From: an uncultured Collinsella sp.
GTDB taxonomy: Bacteria; Actinomycetota; Coriobacteriia; Coriobacteriales; Coriobacteriaceae
Reading direction: 5' to 3'
NCBI GenBank assembly: GCA_958445985.1
Contig: CAUCUN010000004.1
Span: 35,895 to 99,894 of the forward strand
Length of the DNA stretch: 64,000 bases
A program made the position numbers and the translations under genes. The notes under the pieces were generated by a model that was not told where the DNA came from, did not search any database, and saw only the letters and a program-made list of their open reading frames with translations. This document shows positions 56,076-64,000 of this stretch, in pieces; the stretch's first letter is position 1, and each line of letters begins with the position of its first letter.

Positions 56076-57056
56076 CTACTCAGCCATCTGAGCCTGGACG
56101 GCGGTGATGGCTACGACACCCACGATGTCGTCGGCAGAGCAGCCGCGCGACAGATCGTTGACCGGCTTGGCGATGCCCTGCAGGATGGGGCCGTAGGCGT
56201 CGGCGCCGGCGAAGCGCTGGACCAGCTTGTAGCCGATGTTGCCGGCCTCGAGGTCGGGGAACACGAGCACGTTGGCCTTGCCGGCAACGGAGGAGCCGGG
56301 AGCCTTGAGCTGGGCGACGGTGGGGACAATAGCGGCATCGAGCTGCAGGTCGCCGTCGATGGCGAGCTCGGGAGCCTTCTCCTTGCAGAACTTCACAGCC
56401 TCCTGGACCTTCTTGGCGACCTCGCCGCCAGCGGAGCCCATGGTGGAGTAGGAGAGCATGGCCACGTGCGGCTCAACGTTGCCCATGAAGGTGGACCAGG
56501 AGTGAGCGGAGGCGATGGCGATCTCGGAGAGCTCGTCGGAGGACGGGTTGATGTTGAGGCCGCAGTCGGCGAAGATCAGCGTGCCGTCAGTGCCGAACTG
56601 CGGGGTGTCGGTGCACATCACGAAGAAGGCCGAGACCAGCTTGGTGCCCGGGGCGGTCTTGAGGATCTGAAGCGCGGGGCGCAGGGTGTCGGCGGTGGAG
56701 TGGCAGGCGCCGGAGACCAGGCCGTCGGCATCGCCCATCTTGACCATCATGGTGCCAAAGTAGGTGGCGTCCATCACCTGGGCGCGAGCCTGCTCGATGG
56801 TAACGCCCTTCTTGGCGCGGAGCTCGGCAAACTTCTGCGCGTACTCCTCGTGCTTCTCGGCATTGCGCGGGTCGATGACGGTAGCGCCGGGAACGTTGAT
56901 CTCGTCGGGGTTGCCCAGGATGACGATCTTTGCCAGGCCCTCCTCGATGATTTTGGTGGCCGCGACGATAGTGCGCGGATCCTCGCCCTCGGGCAGGACG
57001 ATCGTCTTAAGGTCGGCCTTGGCGGCAGACTTCATACGGTTTAGGAAATCGCTCAT
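56076..57056 (-). CDS. pta: Phosphate acetyltransferase
   Basis: IVLPEGED, RPALQI, FADC, LSYST, DGDLQLDAA, GNIGYK, NDLSRGC motifs. Confidence 0.95.
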   Translation of the reverse strand: MSDFLNRMKSAAKADLKTIVLPEGEDPRTIVAATKIIEEGLAKIVILGNPDEINVPGATVIDPRNAEKHEEYAQKFAELRAKKGVTIEQARAQVMDATYFGTMMVKMGDADGLVSGACHSTADTLRPALQILKTAPGTKLVSAFFVMCTDTPQFGTDGTLIFADCGLNINPSSDELSEIAIASAHSWSTFMGNVEPHVAMLSYSTMGSAGGEVAKKVQEAVKFCKEKAPELAIDGDLQLDAAIVPTVAQLKAPGSSVAGKANVLVFPDLEAGNIGYKLVQRFAGADAYGPILQGIAKPVNDLSRGCSADDIVGVVAITAVQAQMAE

Positions 57057-57287
57057 GTTACTCCTTACAAGCGTTTCGCTAAGCTCCAGGCACCCGGCTG
57101 TTCACGAATAAACCCGCTGCTAGCGGGTTTACCTTTCAATTATGTACGCCGCGGTGCTTGAGCTTTCCTTGTGTGGCAAGCTCATTATAGGACGCATTAG
57201 CGCTATAATCGCTCTGATAAATATGTCTCGAAGAATGTTCGAGAAAAGCCCAGCTAACGAGCCCGTGGCTTTTGACAAGGAGTATCG

Positions 57288-58490
57288 ATGCAGATTACCT
57301 CAGGCCTGCCTGAAGGCTTTAACGCCGGCGCGTACGACATGATTGTCGTCGGTGCTGGATATGCCGGTGCCGTTTGCGCCCGCCGTCTTGCCGAGACCAT
57401 CGGCTATCGTGTTGCCGTTTTGGAGCGCCGTAGCCACATTGCGGGCAATGCCTATGACTGCACTGACGAGGCCGGAATCCTGATCCACGAGTACGGTCCG
57501 CATATCTATCACACTTTTAACGAGCGCGTGCACAATTTCCTGTCGCGCTTTACCAAGTGGACGGATTATCAGCACAAGGTGCTCGCCAACATCAACGGTA
57601 CCCTTATGCCCGTGCCCTTCAACCATGCGAGTCTCAAGCTCGCCTTTGGTGACGAGCGCGGCGAGGAGCTGTATCAGAAGCTCGTGGAGACCTTTGGCAA
57701 GGATGTCAAGGTGCCCATTATGGAGCTGCGTAAGAAGAACGACCCCGACTTGGCCGAGGTCGCCGATTACGTCTACGAGAACGTCTTTTTGCATTACACC
57801 ATGAAGCAGTGGGGCCAGACGCCCGATCAGATCGATCCCTCGATCACCGGCCGCGTTCCCGTCTTTGTGGGCGATGATGACCGCTACTTCCCGCAAGCCC
57901 CCTTCCAGGGCATGCCGCAGGAGGGCTACACGGCGCTCTTTGAGCACATGCTCGACCACGACCTGATCGACGTGTTCTGCGACGTGGACGCCCGCGATCT
58001 CTTTGAGATCGACGAGACCACCGTCAAGATCGACGGCAAGGTCTATGGTGGCGAGATTGTCTATACCGGTCCACTCGACGAGCTGTTCAACCTCGACTTG
58101 GGTGCGTTGCCGTACCGCACGCTCGATATGAAGTTCGAGACGCTCGATATGGACCAGTTCCAGCCCGTGGGCACCGTCAACTACACCACGAGCGAGGACT
58201 ACACGCGCATCACCGAGTTCAAGAACATGACCGGTCAGGTCCTGCCCGGCAAGACCACCATCATGAAGGAGTACTCCAAGGCCTATACGCCCGGCTCGGG
58301 CGAGACACCGTACTACGCCATTCTTGAGCCCGAGAACCGTGAGCTCTATGAGCGCTATCTTGAGCGCGTCCAGAACCTGACGAACTTCCACCCGGTGGGT
58401 CGTCTGGCCGAGTATCGTTACTACGATATGGACGCTGTGACCAATTCCGCCCTTGATCTTTCGGATGAGATTATCGCCTGCCATGCATAA
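57288..58490 (+). CDS. glf: UDP-galactopyranose mutase
   Basis: VGAGYAG, HIAGNAYD, HEYGPHIYHT, YTMKQWG, GRLAEYRYYDMD motifs. Confidence 0.95.
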   Translation: MQITSGLPEGFNAGAYDMIVVGAGYAGAVCARRLAETIGYRVAVLERRSHIAGNAYDCTDEAGILIHEYGPHIYHTFNERVHNFLSRFTKWTDYQHKVLANINGTLMPVPFNHASLKLAFGDERGEELYQKLVETFGKDVKVPIMELRKKNDPDLAEVADYVYENVFLHYTMKQWGQTPDQIDPSITGRVPVFVGDDDRYFPQAPFQGMPQEGYTALFEHMLDHDLIDVFCDVDARDLFEIDETTVKIDGKVYGGEIVYTGPLDELFNLDLGALPYRTLDMKFETLDMDQFQPVGTVNYTTSEDYTRITEFKNMTGQVLPGKTTIMKEYSKAYTPGSGETPYYAILEPENRELYERYLERVQNLTNFHPVGRLAEYRYYDMDAVTNSALDLSDEIIACHA

Positions 58491-59514
58491 AGTCATAACA
58501 TTCGGTATTCCCTCGTATAACGCCGCCAAGGACATGGACCATTGCATCACCTCCATCTTGGAGGGGAGCAATTACGCCACCGATATCGAGATTATCGTAG
58601 TGGACGACGGCTCCAAGGACGAGACGGCCGATAAGGCCGACGAGTGGGAGGCACGTTATCCCGGTATCATTCGCGCGGTGCACCAGGAGAACGGCGGCCA
58701 CGGTATTGCCGTCCTTTCGGGTCTGCGCGAGGCACAGGGCACCTACTACAAGGTCGTCGACTCGGATGACTGGCTCGATGCTGCGGCTCTTTCGACTATG
58801 CTGTCGATTCTGCGTGGCTTTGAAGAGCGTGACCAGCGCGTTGACCTGTTTATCTCGAACTACGTGTACGAGAAGGTTTACGAGGGCACGCATACCGCTA
58901 TTGGCTACAAATTTGCCCTGCCGCGCAAAAAGATCTTTTCCTGGGATCAGATCGGTCATTTCCGCCTGGACCAGAACCTTCTCATGCACAGCCTGTGCTA
59001 TCGCACGGATGTGCTGCGCGAGTCCAACCTTCCCATGCCGCCGCACACGTTCTATGTGGACAACATCTACGCCTACGTGCCGCTGCCGCGTTGCAAGACC
59101 ATGTACTACGCCGACATCGACCTCTACCGCTACTTTATCGGTCGCGAGGGCCAGAGCGTCAACGAGGCAACGATGGTCAAGCGTCTGGACCAGCAGTTCC
59201 GTGTTACGCGTATCATGATGGAGTCGTACCACTTGTACAGCGATGTTGGGTCGTCGCGCCTGCGTTCGTACATGATGGGCTACTTCACCATGATGATGGC
59301 GATCTGCTCGGTGCTTACCAAGCTTTCCGAGGAAGATTGCGCCGACGAGCGCCTAAAGACGCTGTGGAATGATTTGAAGGCCTATGACGAGCGCATGTAT
59401 CGTCGTGCACGCTACGGCGTGGTCGGCTTCTTCACTAACCTGCGTGGACGGGCCGGAGACAAAACCACACTCGGCCTATACCGTCTTGCCTCAAAGATCT
59501 TCAAATTCAACTAG
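58483..59514 (+). CDS. GT2 glycosyltransferase
   Basis: IPSYN, VDDGSKD, ENGGHG, KVVDSDDW, FYVDN, IGREGQSV motifs; overlaps glf. Confidence 0.9.
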   Translation: MHKVITFGIPSYNAAKDMDHCITSILEGSNYATDIEIIVVDDGSKDETADKADEWEARYPGIIRAVHQENGGHGIAVLSGLREAQGTYYKVVDSDDWLDAAALSTMLSILRGFEERDQRVDLFISNYVYEKVYEGTHTAIGYKFALPRKKIFSWDQIGHFRLDQNLLMHSLCYRTDVLRESNLPMPPHTFYVDNIYAYVPLPRCKTMYYADIDLYRYFIGREGQSVNEATMVKRLDQQFRVTRIMMESYHLYSDVGSSRLRSYMMGYFTMMMAICSVLTKLSEEDCADERLKTLWNDLKAYDERMYRRARYGVVGFFTNLRGRAGDKTTLGLYRLASKIFKFN

Positions 59515-59546
59515 CTGCTGAGTAATCGCTGCTGATAGGTTGACTG

Positions 59547-59656
59547 GGCCCCTTGGCCTTTAGTTTGCTACTGCGAACAGTCCTGCTCGCACGGAAAGCA
59601 CATTAAGTGCTTTCCGGCTCGTGCGGAACTTGTATCAAACTAAAGGCCAAGGGGCC
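59547..59656 (+). repeat. Structured intergenic repeat family B, copy 1 (3' of GT2)
   Basis: Outer stem GGCCCCTTGGCCTTTAGTTTG/CAAACTAAAGGCCAAGGGGCC enclosing a core shared with 59749-59873. Confidence 0.8.
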
Positions 59657-59748
59657 TCTGCTATAAGAATCGATTGTCAGGCTGCCTGAATTTGAAGATC
59701 TTCGACGCGCGGTACACAGGGGCCTGGGCTGAAAAGACTTGGTTGGTA

Positions 59749-59873
59749 GGTTGCCCGGTGGGGCTTGGTTATGTTTGTCGCGAGTTCCGCACGAGCCGAT
59801 GAGCACTTAATGTGCTCTTCGTGCGAGCCAGGACTGTAGAGCAGCAAACATAACCAAGCCCCACCGGGCAACC
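59749..59873 (-). repeat. Structured intergenic repeat family B, copy 2 (3' of the S58 peptidase)
   Basis: Outer stem GGTTGCCCGGTGGGGCTTGGTTATGTTTG/CAAACATAACCAAGCCCCACCGGGCAACC; same core in inverted orientation. Confidence 0.8.
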
Positions 59874-59885
59874 GGTCAGGTTAGG

Positions 59886-60887
59886 CTACTTCGCGGCGCC
59901 GGGGATGCCGTGGGAGGTTTTGGCGGTTTTGGCTCCGTTTACGATGGCGGTCTGTAGGGCCCTTACGGCGAGCATGCCCAGCAGGTCTAGGGGAACGGCG
60001 GCGCTTGCCTGGGCGCCCAGTTTGCCGCTGGCGAGGGTGTAGATGGTGTCGCCGTCGTTGGTGGTGTGCGTGGGACGGATGGCGTGTGCGTAGGCGTCTG
60101 CGGCCATCTGGGAGACCTTGGTGGCTTGTGCCTTAGTGAGTTCCACGTTGGTGATGATGCAGCTGATGGTGGTGTTGGTGCGGTCGAGCGGCATCTGCAT
60201 GGATCCGGCGGCGGCAAAGGCTGCGAGTTCCATGTCGACGATCTGGTCGCTATCGGCTGCGGCGCGCATGCCGGCGACCCACTCGCCGGTGAAGGGGTCG
60301 ACAACGTTGCCGCAGGCGTTGACCGAGACCACGGCGCCCACCTTGACGGGACCGAGTGCCACGGCGGCAGCTCCAAGACCGGCCTTCATGCAGGTGGCAG
60401 GCCCCATGAGCTTACCCACGGTGGCGCCCGTGCCGGCGCCTACGTTGCCCTGTTCGAGCTTGGTGGGGGTGTGGTCGAGTGCTTCGCGCACGGCGGCGAT
60501 GCCGGCCTCAATGTCGGGGCGCACGGTGGGGTCGCCAAAGGCAAGGTCGAAGATACAGCTGGAGCACACGATAGGCACCTGCGTGGGGCCGACGGGAAGG
60601 CCGATGCCGCGGCTCTCAAGCTCGCGAGCGACGCCGCTTGCAGCTTCGAGGCCAAAGGCCGATCCGCCCGAAAGGCAGACGGCGTGGACCTTGTCGACGG
60701 TGTTCTCGGGTCGTAGCAGGTCGGTCTCGCGCGAAGCGGGAGCGCCACCGCGTACGTCAACGCCGCCGGTGGCGCCCTCGGGTGCCACGATTACGGTGCA
60801 ACCGGTGCCGGCCTCCTCGTCCGTATAGTTGCCATAGCAAAAGCCATCGACATCGCAGACGTCAATGGCCTCGAGCAGTGTATCCAT
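59886..60887 (-). CDS. P1/S58 family (DmpA-like) peptidase
   Basis: VDVRGGAPASRETDLL, LSGGSAFGL, GNVGAGTGA, NTTI, DGDT motifs. Confidence 0.88.
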   Translation of the reverse strand: MDTLLEAIDVCDVDGFCYGNYTDEEAGTGCTVIVAPEGATGGVDVRGGAPASRETDLLRPENTVDKVHAVCLSGGSAFGLEAASGVARELESRGIGLPVGPTQVPIVCSSCIFDLAFGDPTVRPDIEAGIAAVREALDHTPTKLEQGNVGAGTGATVGKLMGPATCMKAGLGAAAVALGPVKVGAVVSVNACGNVVDPFTGEWVAGMRAAADSDQIVDMELAAFAAAGSMQMPLDRTNTTISCIITNVELTKAQATKVSQMAADAYAHAIRPTHTTNDGDTIYTLASGKLGAQASAAVPLDLLGMLAVRALQTAIVNGAKTAKTSHGIPGAAK

Positions 60888-60988
60888 GTTTAACTCCTAT
60901 CGGTTTTCCGCCGCGCCTTGTGCCCGGTCGGGATCCGTACGGTACGCCAAAATTGTAGGCGCCGGGGGATACCCAGCGCCAGATGCAA

Positions 60989-61570
60989 TTACGAGAGTTT
61001 TTGAATCGCGCGCGCGACGCGGGCGATGGGTAGGCCCACTACGTTATAGAAGTCGCCCGAAATATCGTGCACGAGCATGCGGCCGCCTGTGCCCTGGATG
61101 CCGTAGGCGCCTGCCTTATCCATGGGCTCACCCGAGGCAACGTAGTGCTCGATCTGCTCGTCGGTGAGCTCGTAGAATGTCACGTCGGTCACATCGACAA
61201 ACGACAGGCTCTCGGCGGCATGCGGGGCGGCCGTATCGCCTGCCTTAACGATGCAGACGCCGGTTGCGACCTGGTGCGTGCGGCCCGAAAGCTCACGGAG
61301 CATGGTGCGCGCCTCGCCCTCGGTTGCCGGCTTGCCCAAAATCTTGCCGTCGAAGGTGACGATGGTGTCGGCCGCGACCGTCAGTTCTTTGGGCTCGGCA
61401 TACTCGGCAGCAACGGCAGCCGCCTTGGCGCGTGCCAAGCGCTCGACAAGCGTGAGCGGAGCCTCGCCATCAAAGGGCGTTTCGTCGATATCCGCGGGAA
61501 TCACGCGAATGTTGTAGCCTGCCTCGCGCATCAGCTCTATGCGGCGCGGCGATTGCGAAGCCAAAATCAT
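60989..61570 (-). CDS. maf: Maf-family nucleotide pyrophosphatase
   Basis: ILASQSPRR, ADTIV, LGKP, LSGRTH, DKAGAYGIQ, NVVGLP motifs. Confidence 0.92.
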   Translation of the reverse strand: MILASQSPRRIELMREAGYNIRVIPADIDETPFDGEAPLTLVERLARAKAAAVAAEYAEPKELTVAADTIVTFDGKILGKPATEGEARTMLRELSGRTHQVATGVCIVKAGDTAAPHAAESLSFVDVTDVTFYELTDEQIEHYVASGEPMDKAGAYGIQGTGGRMLVHDISGDFYNVVGLPIARVARAIQKLS

Positions 61571-62109
61571 AGTTGGATGCCCTCGGCGACCTTCTCGACG
61601 GCCTTGTCGCCAGCGAGCGTGCGCAGCAGCTCCAATGCAAAGGGGAGTGACTGTGCCATGCCGCTGGCAGTGATGATGTTGCCGTCTTGCGTGACCTTCT
61701 CGCCAGTATAGGCGCCTTCGGGGAAGCTTTTCTCAAAGCCAGGGAAGCACGTGGCGTGGCGCCCCTCGAGTAGGTCGAGCTCGCCCAGGATAAACGGGGC
61801 GGCGCAGATGGCGGCGACGTGCTTGGTCGCGGCGAACTCGCAGACCACGTCGCAGACACGCTGATCGGCGCGCAGGTTGGTGGCACCGGGCAGGCCGCCG
61901 GGCAGCACGACGCAGTCGTACTCGTCAAAGTTGATCTCATCAAAGAGCGCATCGCAGGTCACGGGGATCTGCAGCGAGCTTACGACCTCACGCGTGGGCA
62001 TAATCGAGACGAGCGTGGCACGCACGCCGCCGCGACGCATGACATCGACCATGGTCAAGCATTCAATAGTTTCAAAGCCATCGGCGGCGAGAACGGCAAC
62101 GCTGGGCAT
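61567..62109 (-). CDS. DJ-1/PfpI (YajL-like) protein
   Basis: GFETIE, VLPGGLPG, AAICAAP, ATCFPG motifs. Confidence 0.9.
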   Translation of the reverse strand: MPSVAVLAADGFETIECLTMVDVMRRGGVRATLVSIMPTREVVSSLQIPVTCDALFDEINFDEYDCVVLPGGLPGATNLRADQRVCDVVCEFAATKHVAAICAAPFILGELDLLEGRHATCFPGFEKSFPEGAYTGEKVTQDGNIITASGMAQSLPFALELLRTLAGDKAVEKVAEGIQL

Positions 62110-62215
62110 GAGGGTTCCTTTCATAGGCGGCATACAATTAGCCGTCTTATACCCCGAAGACCTCCGCTTGCCACGCTCGATTTCCCAATGATTTTTCTGA
62201 GCAATGATTAAGTGG

Positions 62216-63529
62216 CTAGTTGCGCCTAAGGTGGACGACGGTCTCGCAGTGGAAGGTTTGTGGGAACAGGTCGACTGGCGTGATCTTTACGGGGGAGAAG
62301 GTGCCTTCTTCGACAAAGCGTTTGAGATCGCGCGCCAGGGTGGCCGGGTCGCAGCTCACGTAGGCGACATCGTGGGCACTCGTGCTGGCGATAAGGTCGA
62401 TCGCTTCGGGGGCGAGGCCTGCGCGCGGCGGGTCGACCACCAAGACGTCGGCATCCTGGTCGGGGAACTCGCGCACCGCGTCTCCGCCAATGACGTCGAC
62501 GTTATCAAGCTTGTTGATCTCCAGGTTACGGCGCAGGTCGCGCACGGCGGGGCCGTAGGCCTCGACGGCGGCGACAAAGTCGCAGCGGCGGGCGAGCGGC
62601 AGGGTAAAGGTGCCGGCACCGCAGTACAGGTCCACGGCAAGCTCGTCTTCCTGCGGATCGAGCGTTTCCATGACAAGCTCGATCAAAATCTCGGCACCCT
62701 TGGTGTTGACCTGGAAAAAAGACGGGGCAGACAAGCGCATCTGACCCTCGGCGATATTCTCGGTCCATGAGCCCTCTCCGGCGAGCATTTCGACCTTGGA
62801 AACACGGCGGGCCTTCTTTTCGCCCTTGCTCATCACGCGTACGACACTTGTGGGGTGCGCGGCGTCTGCCAACACGCGCGAGACTTGCGAGCGCGGGAAA
62901 GAGCCCGTAGGCGTCCAGAGCGCCACCTCGAGTGCCTTGGTGCGACGCGAGGCGCGAATGCCCACGCGCTCAAGGCCCAGGTCGTGGCTGCCGCTCAGAT
63001 AATTGAGCGCGCCGACGACCGATTTGAGTGCCTTGGGGAAGCGTTTGTCGAACAACGGGCACGAATCGACGGTCACGATCTTGCGAGGATCGACACCGTG
63101 CATGCCAAGGCGCACGCGACCGTTGACGACGGTCGGTTCGAGTTCGATTTTATTGCGGTAGCCCCAATCATCCTTGGTGTGGCGGATGGGTTGCACCAGT
63201 TCATCGACTTGATCGGGGCTGAACTTGCCGATACGCTCGAGCGTGGAGCGCAGATTTTGCTCCTTGGCGGCGAGCTGTGCCGTGCGTGAGAGATTGCCCC
63301 ACGAGCAGCCGCCGCAGATGCCCACGAAGGGGCAGGGAGACTGAATGCGATCGGGGCTTGGCTCCAGAATCTCGGTGGTGCGGGCACGCATGAACGACTT
63401 GCCGTCCTGTACGACCTCGGCCTCGACGGTGTCGCCTGCCACGGCGCCCTGTACAAAGACGGCCTTGCCGTTGTCGGCGTGCGCCAGCCCGTCGGCGCCG
63501 TAGGTCATCGATTCTATAGTGAGCTTCAT
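62216..63529 (-). CDS. rlmD: 23S rRNA m5U methyltransferase (RlmD/TrmA family)
   Basis: TRAM domain, CPFVGICGGC, YRNK, FFQVN, DLYCGAG, VDPPRAG, YVSCDPATLARD motifs. Confidence 0.9.
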   Translation of the reverse strand: MKLTIESMTYGADGLAHADNGKAVFVQGAVAGDTVEAEVVQDGKSFMRARTTEILEPSPDRIQSPCPFVGICGGCSWGNLSRTAQLAAKEQNLRSTLERIGKFSPDQVDELVQPIRHTKDDWGYRNKIELEPTVVNGRVRLGMHGVDPRKIVTVDSCPLFDKRFPKALKSVVGALNYLSGSHDLGLERVGIRASRRTKALEVALWTPTGSFPRSQVSRVLADAAHPTSVVRVMSKGEKKARRVSKVEMLAGEGSWTENIAEGQMRLSAPSFFQVNTKGAEILIELVMETLDPQEDELAVDLYCGAGTFTLPLARRCDFVAAVEAYGPAVRDLRRNLEINKLDNVDVIGGDAVREFPDQDADVLVVDPPRAGLAPEAIDLIASTSAHDVAYVSCDPATLARDLKRFVEEGTFSPVKITPVDLFPQTFHCETVVHLRRN

Positions 63530-63576
63530 ATTCCTGCCTGTCATTCGCGTTGTTGTTCGCACCATGGTAGCAGGGA

Positions 63577-63619
63577 AAAGCGCCCCGCATCCGAGGCTTT
63601 CCTCAAATGCGGGGCGCTT
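63577..63619 (-). terminator. Terminator between the last gene and rlmD
   Basis: AAAAGCGCCCCGCAT...ATGCGGGGCGCTT. Confidence 0.65.
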
Positions 63620-63642
63620 CTACAAACTGCTTCTACAAACGA

Positions 63643-64000
63643 CTATTTCGTCTTGCCGGTAATGAGCGTCTTAAGACCCAGGCCGATCAGACCCAGGCCC
63701 ATGCGCACGCGGCCGGGGCGATGGCGCTCGATGGCCTTGGTCTTGCCGGCGGGCTTATCGCGACGGGCGCTCGTCTCGGGTGCGGGCTTGATGACCTGCG
63801 GATCGGGCTGAGGTGCAGGTGCAGGCTCGGGCTCAATGACGGTCGCCTGGACCTCTTGGACTTTGGGTGCTACCGGCTGCGGCTCGGGCTCGGGGGCGGG
63901 TTTCGCCTCAATGACGGGCTCGGGCGTGGCCTCAGCGTTGCGATAGGCACGCTCCAGCAGGGCTTCCTGCGAGTTGAAGGGTTTCTCACCCTCTGCACGC
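63643..64000 (-). CDS. C-terminal part of a protein with a Pro/Glu-rich linker (5' end outside the window)
   Basis: Open frame ...FNSQEALLERAYRNAEATPEP...RVRMGLGLIGLGLKTLITGKTK*. Confidence 0.7.
   Translation of the reverse strand, partial: RAEGEKPFNSQEALLERAYRNAEATPEPVIEAKPAPEPEPQPVAPKVQEVQATVIEPEPAPAPQPDPQVIKPAPETSARRDKPAGKTKAIERHRPGRVRMGLGLIGLGLKTLITGKTK

Noticed and set aside
4810..58571. Many long antisense ORFs (e.g. 4810-6300, 13174-14511, 37233-38825, 40368-41969, 43104-44966, 52988-54187, 57300-58571)
   Set aside because: Shadow frames of real genes, expected with high-GC codon bias; no motifs.
63616..63640. GCTTCTACAAAC tandem repeat
   Set aside because: Two short copies beside a terminator; likely slippage with no evident function.
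1..64000. CRISPR arrays, tRNA/rRNA genes, transposases, prophage genes
   Set aside because: No regularly spaced repeats, cloverleaf or rRNA-like sequence, or matching ORFs seen by eye; a tool scan would be needed to exclude them fully.

Overview
High-GC bacterial chromosomal segment. Gene content and codon style suggest a gut Coriobacteriia such as Collinsella (inference). No rRNA, tRNA, CRISPR array or transposase was seen. In order: deoC plus two HAD phosphatases; a GntR-led fructoselysine (frl) catabolic operon using a YfcC-type transporter and an extra amidohydrolase; a MITE-like element; tatD-tcdA; sdpR-sdpI; ettA; a low-GC islet with a Tat-signal papain-like protease and a lipoprotein; nadE, an aminotransferase, ldh, a DUF2974 lipase and an NA37 protein; a lysine-riboswitch-controlled lysA::dapA fusion-dapB-dapH operon with a divergent M20 deacetylase; a membrane protein/FxLYD/HTH/Ser-Thr kinase cluster; a cell-wall hydrolase; D-Asp ligase and racemase; an ECF transporter behind a Trp-Trp-Trp leader-peptide attenuator that is absent from the ORF track; a C69 peptidase, a 30-aa membrane microprotein, a DAG kinase, rnd, xseAB and hit; a LysR-MFS islet; tandem ackA and pta; glf-GT2; and an S58 peptidase, maf, DJ-1 and rlmD. 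The most notable non-coding signal is two families of structured intergenic repeats with compensatory base changes, each sitting just downstream of stop codons in the sense orientation. Start codons were adjusted from the ORF track where an SD sequence supported a downstream start. All family assignments are by eye, not by database search.
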